A stretch of DNA of 64,000 bases from Octopus sinensis (lineage: Eukaryota), in NCBI RefSeq assembly GCF_006345805.1, contig NC_043000.1, positions 107,632,001 to 107,696,000 on the forward strand. The letters run 5' to 3'. This document shows positions 1-13,340 of the stretch, piece by piece. How positions within the stretch are numbered: the stretch's first letter is position 1; each line of letters starts with the position of its first letter. Below the pieces are notes generated by a model. It ran no database searches. It saw only the letters and a list, made by a program, of their open reading frames with translations, and was not told the origin of the DNA. A program made the position numbers and the translations under genes.

Positions 1-1041
1 GCAGGATACCCAAACTGAACAACCCGAGGGAAGTACGGCAACTATTGTTGCAAAGAAGGTGAAAATGATGGCAATGAAAAAAGCGCACGAGCAATTGGCT
101 GATAGGTGGAGGAGAAACCTCTGCACGGCAAATATGTGACCCGCAGCAAACAAGCTGATGTTGACCAGAAGCAAACCCATCAGTGGCTGCGGAGCTCAGG
201 CTAAAAGCAGAGAGCGAAGGTTTCATCCTGGCTGCTCAAGACCAAAGCCTATTAACCCGGAACTACCAGGCCAATGTGATGAAAAATGGAGCAGACCCAA
301 AATGCCGATTCTGCAACGACATGATTGAAACAGTGGACCACCTGATCTCTGGATGTAAAGTCTTAGCACCAGTGGAGTATAAATTAAGACATGACAGAGT
401 TGGCCAATATCTCCACTGGCTAATAAGTCGGCATTACAATATCAAAACTGCCGACAAGTGGTATAATCACCACCCTGAGGCTGTAACTGAAGGAAAAATG
501 TAACCATTCTGTGGGACTTTCCAGTACATACAGACCGAACCATCAAGCCAATAAACCAGATATTGTTGTGAAAGACCAAAACAATAAAGTTTGCTTATTG
601 ATCGACATGAGCATCCCCTGTGATCATAATATCTCAGCGAAAGAGTTTGACAAGCTCAGAAAATATAAAGACCTACTCATTGAAATTGAGAAAATGTGGC
701 ATCTCAAGGCGGTTACAATACCAGTGATCGTAGGAGCACTAGGAATGATCAAGAAGGGAACCGAAAATTATATGAGAATGATCCCTGGCTTACCATCCCT
801 GCAAGAAGTGCAAAAGATTGTCTTAACTGGTACATCACACATATTGAGAAGAGCATTGTCGATGTGAGAACTGTTGCTGCTCATGTATTTTAATTTAACT
901 TTAAAAAAAAAAAAAAAAAAATGAACGAACTACTGAGTTTGGTTTAATGGCCTACCAATATACACTATGAGTTTCTTTGCCCTAGGAGTCGGGAAGACAC
1001 TCGGCAAGAAATGGAAGAAAATTTGAAAGAAGAAAAAAAAA

Positions 1042-1042
<1 letters not shown>
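1..1042 (+). mobile_element. 3' end of an R4/Dong-clade non-LTR retrotransposon (CCHC zinc knuckle + restriction-like endonuclease, 3' UTR); 5' part lies outside the window
   Basis: Reconstructed frame reads KPLHGKY...QWLRSSGLKAESEGFILAAQDQSL...CRFC..ETVDHLISGC...RHD..ILWDF..TDRT..ANKPDIVV..LIDMSIP..K.RKYKDL...IVGALG..QKIVLTGTSHILRR. It needs four -1 frameshifts. Stop at 867; followed directly by (TAA)n. Confidence 0.92.

Positions 1043-1093
<51 letters not shown>
1043..1093 (+). repeat. (TAA)n microsatellite at the 3' junction of the Dong-like element
   Basis: Direct reading of about 17 units. Confidence 0.97.
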
Positions 1094-1094
<1 letters not shown>

Positions 1095-2211
1095 GTCGAA
1101 GAAAAACGTTTCAAGATATACAACATGGGGTAAACCATTCAGGTTATTCATAGAGTGTGATAAGCACCACCATATAAATACATGTATCAGCGTAAAAGTA
1201 CATCAGATATTCTTATACGGGATACAGAGACAATACGAAAAGTAATATCTTCAAATTAATTTTAAAATTACCATTGGATAAAATATATTTACTTATAGTT
1301 TATCTAACCAAGAAATATCTTGAGAGGTGTTGGCGAAAAAAAAATGAAAAGACAAAAAACAAAACCAGAAGCGATAAAAATGGTGCACCATTAAAAATAG
1401 ATCGTTATATATTTCAAAATTGTAAACAAATCGTGATTTTGAACCTCAGATCATAGAGATATTATAAGAAACAAATAAGTAGATGAATAGGTAAAAAAGA
1501 CATGAAAGGGGAAAAAAATCTTAATCGAAAGCTATACACAGTAAAAACGTTTAGCAAAAACATAATCGGTAAATGGTGGAAGAAATATTTCAAAAAATCA
1601 AGAGATACAACGCCAAACTTTATGCTTTATTATCGCAACTCGAATAAGCTTATTATAAGAAAATATTTAGTCACTGAAAAATAGAAATAAAGGTTTTTGA
1701 TGTGGTGACACCTTGAATAAAGCTGCAGGGATACGTTTTTAACCTGAATGAAATCTGGATGCAGATAAACAAACGGAATGCAAATGAAAAATACAAACCA
1801 CATTGCATGCTTTTCATGCAGCAGAAACATATGTCGGACAGAGATTTAAATTAAATATACTGTATAAATGATTCTAATAATAAAAAGTGTGTGTGTGTAT
1901 GTGTGTTTATGTTCCTTCATACACACACACACACAAAAAACTCACCCTCACACACATAATTCTTTAATTGGTACCGGTCATTGCATTACGTTTATACTCA
2001 GACTATAGTACAATCGTCTTGCACAAGATGTTGCGAAGGGGGATCGAAATCGAAAGCACGTTGCGCAATGTGTTCTCTTTAACAATACGCACATACACAT
2101 TCCCAAACGCACTTTGGTTTTTTATTCTCTCTTCGTGTTTCTGTGTATCTGTGTGTGTTTCTTTCTCTCCATCACTCTCTCTCCCCCTCTCTTCCTCTCT
2201 CTGTCTCTGTG

Positions 2212-2246
<35 letters not shown>

Positions 2247-2248
2247 CA

Positions 2249-2306
<58 letters not shown>

Positions 2307-2307
2307 G
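2212..2307. repeat. (CA)n(CT)n compound microsatellite
   Basis: Direct reading. Confidence 0.95.
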
Positions 2308-2484
2308 ATTCCTAAGTTTGAAACAGAAGCACCTCACTAGCTACAAAGCACCAGGAATTGAAAACGCCGTTAGGCTTGCGATCTGCTCAACTGATACATT
2401 AAAAGTACAATGGGTTATCCTTGTAATGTTTCACAAACAATTGAAATTTCAACTCAATAGGAGACTTCCGGGAATACTTTTAGA

Positions 2485-2750
2485 GCATTAGTTCTCAACT
2501 AGGGTTCATATAACCCTTGGGTGGGTGGAGGGGTCCATCTAAGATTTTGTTGTTAAAGTTTAGGCGCAATACATTGGTTATACTTGTACAATACAGAAAA
2601 TATTTTAACAATTTTTAAATACAATTCGTAATAATATATAATTATAAAAATACAATAAGATTTTTTAAAACATCAAATAATTGTAGGGATCCAGTAGGAT
2701 AAAATGGGAATCAAAGGTATCTATAGGCGAAAAATGGTTGTTCGAAAATG
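2485..2750. mobile_element. Decayed hAT/Charlie-like MITE
   Basis: Left end cattagttctcaac resembles the CAGTGGTTCTCAAC TIR. The right end (aaaatggttg...) is degenerate; the interior is AT-rich and non-coding. Confidence 0.4.
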
Positions 2751-2862
2751 TAAGGACACAGATCGTGTCGTATAGCCAGCTGGAGACGATGTCTCCTGGG
2801 GCTAAATTAAAGCAACATTAGTCCTAAAGCAGGACTGCCATGTTATGTTGGCAAACAGTCTT

Positions 2863-2865
<3 letters not shown>

Positions 2866-2937
<72 letters not shown>

Positions 2938-2955
2938 GATCTATCTATCTATCGA
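2866..2955. repeat. (TATC)n microsatellite
   Basis: Direct reading. Confidence 0.95.
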
Positions 2956-4371
2956 TCTACCTGTCTGTCTGTGTATATATGAAGGTAGTGAATTGACACA
3001 ATCGTCAAAGCGTGGCAAATATGGTTTATAATACTGTTTCCCGATCTTTACGTTTTGAGTTCAGAATCTTCCAGCATAAACCTTGCTATTATGCTATCTA
3101 TCTTCTATCTATAAAATAAACTTCCAGCCAAGTGCTCAACCAATGGTATGGACTAATCAGTGCCTTGAAAATTGCTGGCCTTGTGCCTAAATTGAATGCA
3201 TACATACACACACACGGACACAAAACACACTCACACATACACGCTCACACACATACACACTTAAATACACACACACACATATATATGTGCATATGTTATG
3301 TATATTTGTTCGCGCCTTCATAGCTCCCTCTATGATTATGATAATATTGTTTAATGTACTTTTAAAATAATTATATTAATATATTGTGTTGAATTTTCGT
3401 AGTTTACATATACTGTTGGTATCTATAAACTCGTCTTTGTCAATTCCTTTTAAGCTGACATAACTAACAATTGATAACTCCACTTTAAGTATAGCCATAT
3501 TAAAATTGGTTTACAAGAGTCACTTGAAGCAATGCTCTTTACAGGTTTTCTCTTCTACTATAATCGGTTAAAGATCTGTAACTTCCGAAAGACACTGCTG
3601 CTGCAGTTCAGTATATTCACGTATAATATGGTTTTAAGAGTCGTTCGTGCATACAGTGTGCATAATATCTTCGTATATTGAATGTAAACCTATGGCATTT
3701 TATCGAGAAAACAATCCCACAATCTTATTCAACGTTTATATAAGTGTGCCAGGCCAAATTGTTGTTGTAAGTTAAACGTGTTGCCTTCTTGGATTTAGTT
3801 ATTCCTACAAGTCGAATCCATTATGTGTATTTTTCCGTTTTCTTATTTTTTCTCTTATCGACTCATTTTCCCAAGCAATATAGTAAATATATCGAGAACT
3901 ACGAGTGTAATGTAAAGATGGTTACGTTTATCTAATTTTCTCCGAAGTTTCCTCAGAAAAATACGTTCAGGAACTTTAGACATATATAACATACGAGAGA
4001 CACGTTTGTATCTTGTTATCTTGCTTGCTATCTCCTCAGCAATCAATGTGATTATCGCTTAGTTTCTAGTTTCATGTTTAGTAATTAACCAGTGCTCTCA
4101 GAACTTTGGAAAATAGATTATAAATATTCCAGGAACTTGAGAAGTATCAGGTCAATTTATCAACACTAGTTTAGCATTTTCTCTTTCATTTATATCAGTA
4201 AACGAGTTATTAAACAAGAAATAGTACAGAGTGGGCTAAAAGTCACTAAGTATTACCGTATGTTGCGATCTGTGAGCATAATATGGTGATATCAACTGTT
4301 GCGAACTACATTTTCATACGGGATTTTGGGCCCACTCTATACACATACACAAACATATTGTGTAATCTTTT

Positions 4372-4541
4372 TACTATAGGCATAAAATCTGAAATTTTAG
4401 GTGGGGGCTAGTCGATTATGTCGACTGGAACTTATCCCATCAATCCCGAAACGATGGAATTTGAACTTAGAACATAAAGACCGCCAAAATGCCGCTACGC
4501 TTTTGTCCGGCGTGCTAACGATTCTACCGGCTCGCCGCCTT
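4372..4541 (-). mobile_element. SINE family A, internally deleted copy
   Basis: Reverse complement of the head ggcggcgagc..gtagaatcgttagcacgccgg, B-box (ttctaagttcaaattcc) and the gccttatgcctatagtaaaaag tail. Confidence 0.7.
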
Positions 4542-5980
4542 TTTCATAGAGTAATACAAGATGAACAGGCGATGGTAAATAATATCACACCATTTAAAAT
4601 TAACTCTACAGAACTGAGTATAAATATAATTTGGCAGGAAAGCAAGGAAATCAGTAAAGTTAAGAGTAGTTCTTCATCGATATGGTGAACCAAAGTCATG
4701 AAGTTTGACTGATTTGTGGCATAATTTAGTGGATTCAGCTGTTACACCAATTGCACATTTTATTACAGACCTACTCTGTATTTCCTTGTCGTTGTGCATG
4801 TATTTCCTTGTCGTTGTGCTGTATGCCATTCTAAAGTGAGGGTGCATAGCCTAGTTGTTAGTCTGTCGCATTCACAATCGGGAGACAGTTTCAATCGTTG
4901 GATAGGATGATGCTTTGTGTTTTTGAGTAAAACACTTCATTTCGCAATACGCTGCAATTACGTCAACACCAGACGTGTGGTATACAATATACTTGTTGAG
5001 GCAACGTCGATTTGTAGGTGAGAGTGAACTGATGTACAGCGCATACATTTGATCACTATAAATGAATCATTTTCGCTAAATTGTTCAGGAAGAAATTGCA
5101 GAATCTCGACAGACCAGTCCTGTTCAAGAAAACCTACGATCATAGATATTTCCGACTTTACCATCCTTTCTAAGACAACATTCTTTAATCTGCCTCTCCT
5201 CTTTTAAGGCAGTGGAATGTTATTTGAGGCAGATTTAGCTATGATCTAACGTTGGAACCAAGATTTACTTCTGTATTTACCAGGGTGGTGTACGAAAAAT
5301 CTTTCACGTTGTTGCTTAAAAATCGTTGATATATAACGTTAGCTAATGAAGGAAGACAAACCATTTCATTGCCACTGATCATTTATTGATTTGTTTCAAA
5401 ATAACCCAACTAGGTGAGCTATAAAATTAATTAGACTTCATTCTGTTCAGCCGCCTTTCCGTCTTTACTCATTTGTTCTCATCTAATTTAGCGTTCACGT
5501 ATTTCATATAGAGAGCATTAAGAAAAGCTAACCATTAATATTTTATGCGACGAGAAGAAAATATTATTAATCAACGATAAATACAGTTTTATATTATTTC
5601 GACAAGCATGGGAGATAATTTTAGTTATACATTATCGTAATTATGGCCTCATCATCGAAGTATAGACTTAACGAATCATTATGTATATATACAATATTGT
5701 ATATTGATTGTTTAGGAATATAGAATTATTTAGGGGAAATTGTCTCATGCTGATTTGAATGTCTATCATTTCAGTATATTATCCATCAAAAGGTCTTAAC
5801 AAAATCAATGATTATTAGGGGTTCTTTAAAATTATAAAAGGTACTGATTCTCATAATATATCTTATTCCGAAAAATGATCTTTCCTGTGTGTCTTACATT
5901 CGTACTTGTATTGTCATATTTGAGTCGGTGTCCCTACCGGTGTCCTTTCCCTTTAGGATCGAGATCATATACGAGTCTCT

Positions 5981-6192
5981 AATATTGGTTTCAAGTCCAG
6001 AAAGTTCGGGTGGGTGGGGGTTAAGTGGATTATATCGACCCCAGTATTCAACTGGTACTTATTTTATCGACTCCGAAAGGATGAAAGGCAAAGTCGACTT
6101 CAGTGGCATTTGAACTCAGAACGTAAAGGCGGATGAAATGCCGTTAAGCATTTTGCCGGGCATGCTAACGATTCCTGTCAGCTCGCCACCTT
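5981..6192 (-). mobile_element. SINE family A (tRNA-derived head, Nin/Deu-like central domain)
   Basis: Head, B-box gagttcaaat, gtcgactttgcctttcatcctttcggagtcgataaaataagtaccag, tail gaaaccaatatt. Confidence 0.85.
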
Positions 6193-6329
6193 TGTTGGTA
6201 TCTAACATTATTGACTCTATTTGGCAGCTAATCTTCTCCTCCGCTCATCACTCATCTCTATTCTATCGTCATTGTCCTGTCGAAATTTCTTGCACCTTCT
6301 CTTAATATTACTAATCAAGTGACTCCTCT

Positions 6330-6621
6330 TCTCAGTAATATCCATCTTGTTACTGTTGTTGCTCTTACATGTAAGAAGAGTTTCGACTACAGTAATTTCA
6401 TTCACCGAATATCTGTCCTATGGAACTCTCTCCCTTCTTGTTTCCCAGATAAATATAATCTTATTTCTTTTAAATTGTGTTTTGATCGATTTCAGCAGTT
6501 TCTCAGTAGACATATATACTTTTTACCTTTCTTTTGTAACTGCAATCATATTAAGTAGTTGCTTGTGGCCTGTTTCATAAAAGTTGCTTCTCGCTTTGTT
6601 TGGAATGTCCTAAAAAAAAAC
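6330..6621 (+). mobile_element. 3' end of a CR1/Jockey-group LINE
   Basis: Translation SNFIHRISVLWNSLPSCFPDKYNLISFK matches the typical C-terminal LWNSLP..FP..YNL..FK motif; ends in a short A-run. Confidence 0.55.
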
Positions 6622-8084
6622 AATTTTCGTATAAATTCTTAAAGTGTTCCATGAATTATCTTCTCTCGTCATATGTCATTTACCTAAGCTTTAATATCTT
6701 TTATTTGACGTTTCTCAATTCAATTATTTTATTACTGTCTATATGTTATATGATAATTTGAGTGGGCTGAAAATTCCATCTCCACCTCTGAAGTTGTAAT
6801 AAGATAAGAAATGACATTAAGGAAGACATCACTGTGTTGTTGCAACTAACTAAATTATGAGCCTTATAATTGTCTTCAGTTGAGATGACGTCGCTAAAAT
6901 CCAATCCTCGTTACTTTTAATATACTGAAGTCCTTTTCCAAGCAGGTAGAATCTTTGGTTAGAAGAATCATTCTAATCAAATTTCTTTGGCGCAAACTCT
7001 TGAATGTAACTTGAATGATGCTCATTTATGTTCATTTAATATATTAGTCAAAAGCTTCAAGTAAATTCCGGACTACTTTCGATCCACTTTCTGAATGTCA
7101 TTTGAACTTTTATTGGCGAAACGCAGTCTTCCTTCAAGGTTAGGCTTTGTTTCTAACTGTACTTGTATATTTTCAGTGTAAGATGTTCCTTTACTGATAT
7201 GAACTACACAAGTGAGTATCATTCTTATTCCAAACTAGATAACATTTAATTTCCTTTCGGATTATCCCGAAAAAGCTTTCTAATTGTAATATACCTAATA
7301 TAAACATATGTGTTTAGTTCAAAAGTAATTTTAAAATGCTAATTTAAAAGAAAAAAGAAAACATCTATACATTTATAGAGGTTTCAAATATTGGCAAGGT
7401 CACCGGTGATGGCGGAATTTTATTACAAGGAAGTAACAGAGCTACATTTAGTAATTTTGTTTCGTAGCCACTTATCATCCTGTATGTAGCAGAGTCAGTC
7501 AAACGAGTATGCCTGAACTTCAGATCTATCTCCAGGGTTATAACATACTTTTGTGTATTCAGAGCCGTAATATGTGCTCAGATATGTGAATATATGCTCC
7601 GATATATGAAGTGATGAAGCGTATGGTGTGTGCGACATGTCGGTCTACACGTGATGTACTCGCCGTAATTTGCATGGTTTTTTTAGATATTATCTATCTC
7701 ATTGTTTTAACACCAAGACTGACGATGTTTAACATATATTTATATATATTGTAACACCCAGCAAAGAACATTTAACATACATATTAAACAGATATAAATA
7801 TATTATTAAGCAATGAGATTTATCTCTGTTTCATTTGGAATTAAAACTTTGACAATGTGAAATAGCACCATATTCATATCCTCCCGGTAAAACTGTTGTT
7901 CTTGTTGATGGTGATGACGATGCTGATGGTAATAATAATATATTATTAACATTGAGCTAAGAACATTTAACATATATATTATAGAGACGTAAATATATGA
8001 TTAATCAATGAGATTATCTCTGTTTCATATGAAATTATAGCTGTGAAATTGCACCATATTCATGATGATGATATTCTTTCCCCC

Positions 8085-8236
8085 CTCCTCCTCCTTCTTC
8101 TTCTTCTTCTTCTTCTTCTTCTTCTTCTTCTTCTTCCCCTCCTCCTCCTTCTTCTTCTTCTTCTTCTTCTTTTTCTTCTTCTTCTTCTCCTTCTTCTTCT
8201 TCTTCTTCTTCTTCTTCTTCCTCTTCTCCTCCTTCT

Positions 8237-8271
<35 letters not shown>

Positions 8272-8544
8272 TTCCTCTTCTTCTTTTCCTTATTCTTCTC
8301 TTCTTCTTCTTCTTCTTCTTCTTCTCCTCCTTCTTCGTCTTCTTCTTCTTCTTCTTCTTCTCCTTCTTCTTCTTCTTCCCCTTCTTCTTCTTCTTCTCTT
8401 CTTCTTCTTCTTCTTCTCCTTCTCCCTCTCCTTCTTCTTCTTCTTCTTCTTCTTCTTCTTCTCCCTCTCCTTCTTCTTCTTCTTCTTCTTCTTCTTCTTC
8501 TTCTTCTCCTCCTCCTCCTCCTCCTCCTCCTCCTTCTTCTTCTT
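8085..8544. repeat. Long compound (CTT)n/(CCT)n microsatellite abutting the 3' end of the minus-strand Dong-like element
   Basis: Direct reading; it produces the spurious ORFs at 8043-8615. Confidence 0.97.
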
Positions 8545-11500
8545 GCTTTTGCACAGCTTCTAACGTTGGAGATGTACTACAGTGTCAGCTGTTCACTACC
8601 AGTGAACTAAGGTAACACCTCTATTTTTCGAGCGGTTCCAAGCAGTGCTGTTTTCTGCAAGTGCTCCACCCTTATTGCAGCCCTATTTCTTCCACGTACT
8701 TCTCGAGATTTTTGCTCACTGTTACCAGGGCTCAGACAATTATTGGTACTACTGCTACCTTTTTCATCGGCCACAACTGCTTTACTTCCCAAACTAACCT
8801 GTCATATCTCTCGACTTTTGTTTCTTCCTTGTTATCATCTGGGCATACTATATCTATGATCCAGCATAGTTTGTTTTCTTTCTCAATTAAGACTATATCC
8901 GGTTTCCTATTCTCTATCTCATGGTCGTACTGAATTATAAAATTCCATGGAATCTTTGCATTTCTATCTTCGACGATGCCTTCAGGTTTGTAGTCGTACC
9001 AATTTTTGCTCTGTCAAGTCCATACTTGTTGCAAAGTGTCCAACGGACAAGCCTGGCTATATTGTCGTGGCGTCTCTTATATTTCTTCTGGGATAGTGGC
9101 GTACATTGGCTGATAATATGCCATACGGCTTCACCGCTTTGTTCACAGATTCTGCGCTTATCAATTTCTGATGTGTTGTCTATTCTGTATTTTATGTAGT
9201 TTATTCTTAGTGCTTGCTCTTGGGCAGCACAGATTCGAGCCTCATTTTCCGGTTTTTAACTCACTTTTAGTTAGCCACAGCCATCTTTTTTCTCTGTCTG
9301 TCTTATCTTCAACATCCCTGTGAAATTGACCATGCATTTCCTTCTTTACCCACCTATTTTCAGTTTCATTCGTTTTCAGTTTCTTACATAGTGCTTTATC
9401 TTTGCAATCTTCCATCCTACACATGCTTGACCGTCTTACTTCTAATAATAGCGGTTTTGTGGCATTTTTTACATCCACGATATATTGTTTTCATCTGATC
9501 TAATGCTGTATTCGCTTCTAATAAGTCCCCCTCTTTTTCTTGGTATATACAGTCAGTCTGTCTGTGTCACGTTTTCTGTGGAGTGACCCATATCTAGTTA
9601 GCAACTTCATTGTCTTTCTGTCTAAGCTGTTTAGTTCGTCTTCTATCCATGCGATTGTCCCTGTTCCATATCTAAGGAGTGAAACTGCCTAGGTGTTGAT
9701 AGCTTCGATCTTATTCATTCCATTTAATTTCGACTTTAGGATCAGTCTCAGTCTGTGAAAGTACTCCACCTAAATCCTTCTGTCATTACTTTCTCCATCA
9801 ATTTAACCTGTCTCTTCTATCTGCTTCATAACCTCCCCTGACAATATCGTTAGCCTGTCCATACATTTCGCCTCTCTTCAAAACTGACACACCACACTTT
9901 CTCAATCCGAACTCCATTCCGATATCAGCTCTGAAGGTATACATCGTATCAACAAGGGAACCATAATGTTTGAGGTCATCCATGAATAACAAATGGTCGA
10001 CTTTTTGTTGGCGGTTTTTGAATGCATACACAGCTTTTGCTTTCATCAGAATCAGTGTTAGTGGTATCAAGCACAGTACAAAGATCAATGGGGACAGGCA
10101 GTCACCTTGGAAGATGCCCCTCCTAATTTCTACAATCCCCAAGCTTCTTCCGTATGCTGTCAGGTCCCTCCTCCTATTCCAAATAGGTTCATACACTCCA
10201 TAATACAAGAATGAGGGATCATATCGTACACCTTACGATAATCGATCCATGACATAGCTAAGTTACTTTTCCTATTCTTGCAGCCTGAGTACAGCTTTAT
10301 CTATCAGGAGTTGATCCTTGGTACCTCTGCACTTACGCTTGCAACCTTTCTGCTCATGTGGCAGGACTCCATTTTTTTCCAGATGCTCGTACATTGACTC
10401 TGGGAGTATTCTAGTGAATAATTTCCACATAAGTGGCAAACAGGATATCGGCCTGTATTGCCTTTTTCGATGTTTTTCAAGCACTGCACTGTCCTACCCA
10501 ATGTCGACCACTCTGGTGTTACTTGGTCGGCATTTAACAAGGTGTTGAGTTGTGCAGCTATTCGTGCATGACATTCACCAAATCTTTTGATCCTGTAGCC
10601 TTGAACTTCATCTGATGCCGGGGCCTTCCAGTTGCTCATTTTTTGCTGATTTCATTCACTGAAATGACTAGGTCTGCCTGCTTTGGACAGACTACTATTT
10701 GTTTCAGCATCCTTCATGTGCTCCTTGTCTTTGCTCCAAATGTCACTCCAAAACCTTTGACTTTCAATGTTATCTGGTATCAACTTTTCATCTGTACATT
10801 CTCTATTTATTTCATTACAGAATCTCTTCTGATCTACTCTGAATAACCTATTGTGGTGGTACCTCTTCATTCTTTGGTCGTATCTTACCATCCTTGCTTT
10901 CTTTGCATGAGGCGCTGTTTCAGTTCCTCCATTACCACTTTAGGCTCTTCCTTTCAATATTATACTTCCTTTTCAGCGCCCTGTATTTTTGTTCCCTTTT
11001 TAGCTCCCCTTTCTTTTTTCGGACGAAGAAATTTCCTTCGAGAGCATATCAAACACTGCCTCTATCTTTCTTTTCTACCATGGATCTTTTCTTTGGTCAC
11101 TTCCATTATGTTCTTTTTCTTGACATGAACACCCACGTTTTCTGCTACAACCATATTTGCTGCCTTGATCAAATTATTTGTTTCTGTGATGTTGTTTGTT
11201 CTCATGTATTTCAGAAATTCATTGACATTTTCGTTTCTTGGCTCAAATTAATCGATCAACCTTTTTAAGGTTGCAAATAATTTCGCTATTATTCTGCTGT
11301 AGTCTTGCCTTTATTCTGTCGTAGATTGCCTTTTGTTCATCTGTTATGTCGCTATTTGTTTTATTGCCTGCTTTTATATCATCTATATGTCTCTCATCAA
11401 GTAAACTACCACTGCTCATTTCCTGTGCTATGAGATTACTTCTATTAGTAAGAACTGTATTTCCCAACGCCCGTCTTTTGATAGCTTCGAGCTCTACTTC

Positions 11501-11920
11501 TGTCAACCAACGATTTTTTCTTATTGTTCTAGCTTTATCACATAGTCTCTGTTCCGTGAGTTGAAACAATCCCTTTTCCCTCCAATGATCATACATTCGT
11601 TGCCGGTAACCCCTAATTTGAGCACCATTTTCATCTACCGGGTTGCTCAACATTAATTTGCTTGCTCCATCTACGCCGTGTGTGGTGGTCCCTTTCTGGA
11701 TATCATCAGGCTGGAGCCGGGCCAGGTTCTCTGAGCCTGCCAAGTAGAACACTGTTACCATCAACGGCTTCAGTTTCATTACCACCGTTATTCACAATAT
11801 TTTGTTTTTTTCGTAGCGATTATCAGGTTGCGCAATTACTAGTGTTTTCATTCTGACACCATCACTAGATGTGTAATTAATCAGTCCATGGAGAGGCTTC
11901 AAGCGCTTCCTTTCATTATT
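8545..11920 (-). mobile_element. Near full-length, degenerate R4/Dong-clade non-LTR retrotransposon (N-terminal domain, RT, CCHC, RLE)
   Basis: N-term GYRQRMYDHWREKG..TEQRLCDKARTIRKNRWLTEVELEAI. RT motifs [56 protein letters not shown]. Then MHGQFHRD, CAAQEQALR, RHDNIAR and the RLE motif NRKPDIVLIEK..IIDIVCP. Many stops, frameshifts and deletions. Confidence 0.93.
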
Positions 11921-11929
11921 ATTAGTTTT

Positions 11930-12397
11930 ATTATCTCTGATGTCATATGGGCTGTTTATCTTTTGTATCTTTTCGGAGAGGCCTTTCACGTAGGGCAGAC
12001 AGACTGTAGACAGTTTATTGGTTTCATCCTCTCTAGATAGTATGTTTTCAGGGTAGTTGTTGCTCAATAGAGTGTTACTGAGCTTGATCATTTCTTTGTG
12101 GTCGGTATCACGATTGCTGCTTATATTCGTTGCTCGATGTTTCCGGCACAGAGCAATTCCCCTCTTTACACTGGTGGGAATTGAAATTAAAGTATCGCCC
12201 AGTGAAGTTTAGCTTGCGGTATACGGATGTCCTGAATCCATACTTGTTGCGTGTTATTAATACGTCCAGGAATGCTAGCTGATTGTCTTTTTCCTTTTCC
12301 ATTGTGAACTGTATGGGTGTCTTCATTGAGTTCACATGATCTAACAGCATTTGGACATCTTTCTGGTGGAGCCAGAGAATAAAGGTGTCATCAACAC
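11930..12397 (-). mobile_element. Penelope-like element, reverse transcriptase fragment
   Basis: VDDTFILW..QMLLDHVNS...IQFTMEKEKDNQLAFLDVLITR..FRTSVYRK...YFNFNSH...LPYVKGLSEKIQKI, typical of the PLE RT palm/thumb. Confidence 0.85.
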
Positions 12398-12838
12398 TTT
12401 ACGGTTCTCCCCAAAATACTTCGCTTTCTTCCGCATCAGTAATCACTTCATGATGTTGTTTTTACCCTATTTCTTCTAATAGACATCTGTTCGATTGAAA
12501 CAACCTATTCTGTTCAAAGCCTTTGCATCTAGCGTCATATTCTTTTAATTTGGCCTTTGACACCGTCACCCTTCGTGACAAAGGATTTCACATCGTCCTT
12601 AAATATACTACTACGTTTTATATTTTCACTGAACAAATCTTCATGGATGGTGGGAAAATATTATTTCATATTATTACCTAGGCGCAAAACATTTTTAATT
12701 CAATGAAGTATGACTTATTTTATTTTTTCGGAACTTTCCTAATCGCATTATGACCTATCACACGATACATTTATTCTTTCGATAATAAGATATTCTGTCT
12801 CCTAAGCATGGTATTTAAATGTTTTCAATATTTTTAAC

Positions 12839-12839
<1 letters not shown>

Positions 12840-12930
<91 letters not shown>

Positions 12931-12947
12931 GTCTATCTGTCTATCTG

Positions 12948-12996
<49 letters not shown>

Positions 12997-13033
12997 ATAT
13001 CTATCTATCTGTCTGTCTGTCTGTCTGTCTGTG

Positions 13034-13084
<51 letters not shown>

Positions 13085-13121
13085 GTATTTATCTATCTAT
13101 CAATCTATCTAGGTATATAAG

Positions 13122-13154
<33 letters not shown>

Positions 13155-13177
13155 ATATATGTATATATATAAACACG

Positions 13178-13254
<77 letters not shown>

Positions 13255-13304
13255 ATATAATATTGTAAATATATATATATGTATATATATATACACACAC
13301 GCAC

Positions 13305-13340
<36 letters not shown>
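12840..13340. repeat. Compound (TATC)n/(TGTC)n/(TA)n microsatellite block
   Basis: Direct reading. Confidence 0.95.

Noticed and set aside
6735-7250. Mariner-like TIR start gagtgggctgaaaa (also gagtgggctaaaag at ~4228)
   Set aside because: No matching opposite TIR or readable transposase could be found.
8043-8615. Long ORFs (190, 182, 164 aa) of poly-L/F/S/E/R/K
   Set aside because: Translations of a trinucleotide microsatellite with no coding complexity.
11790-11920. Possible HDV-like ribozyme at the 5' end of the Dong element
   Set aside because: Known for some RLE elements, but I could not build the nested double pseudoknot from this decayed copy; it needs a descriptor search on the consensus.
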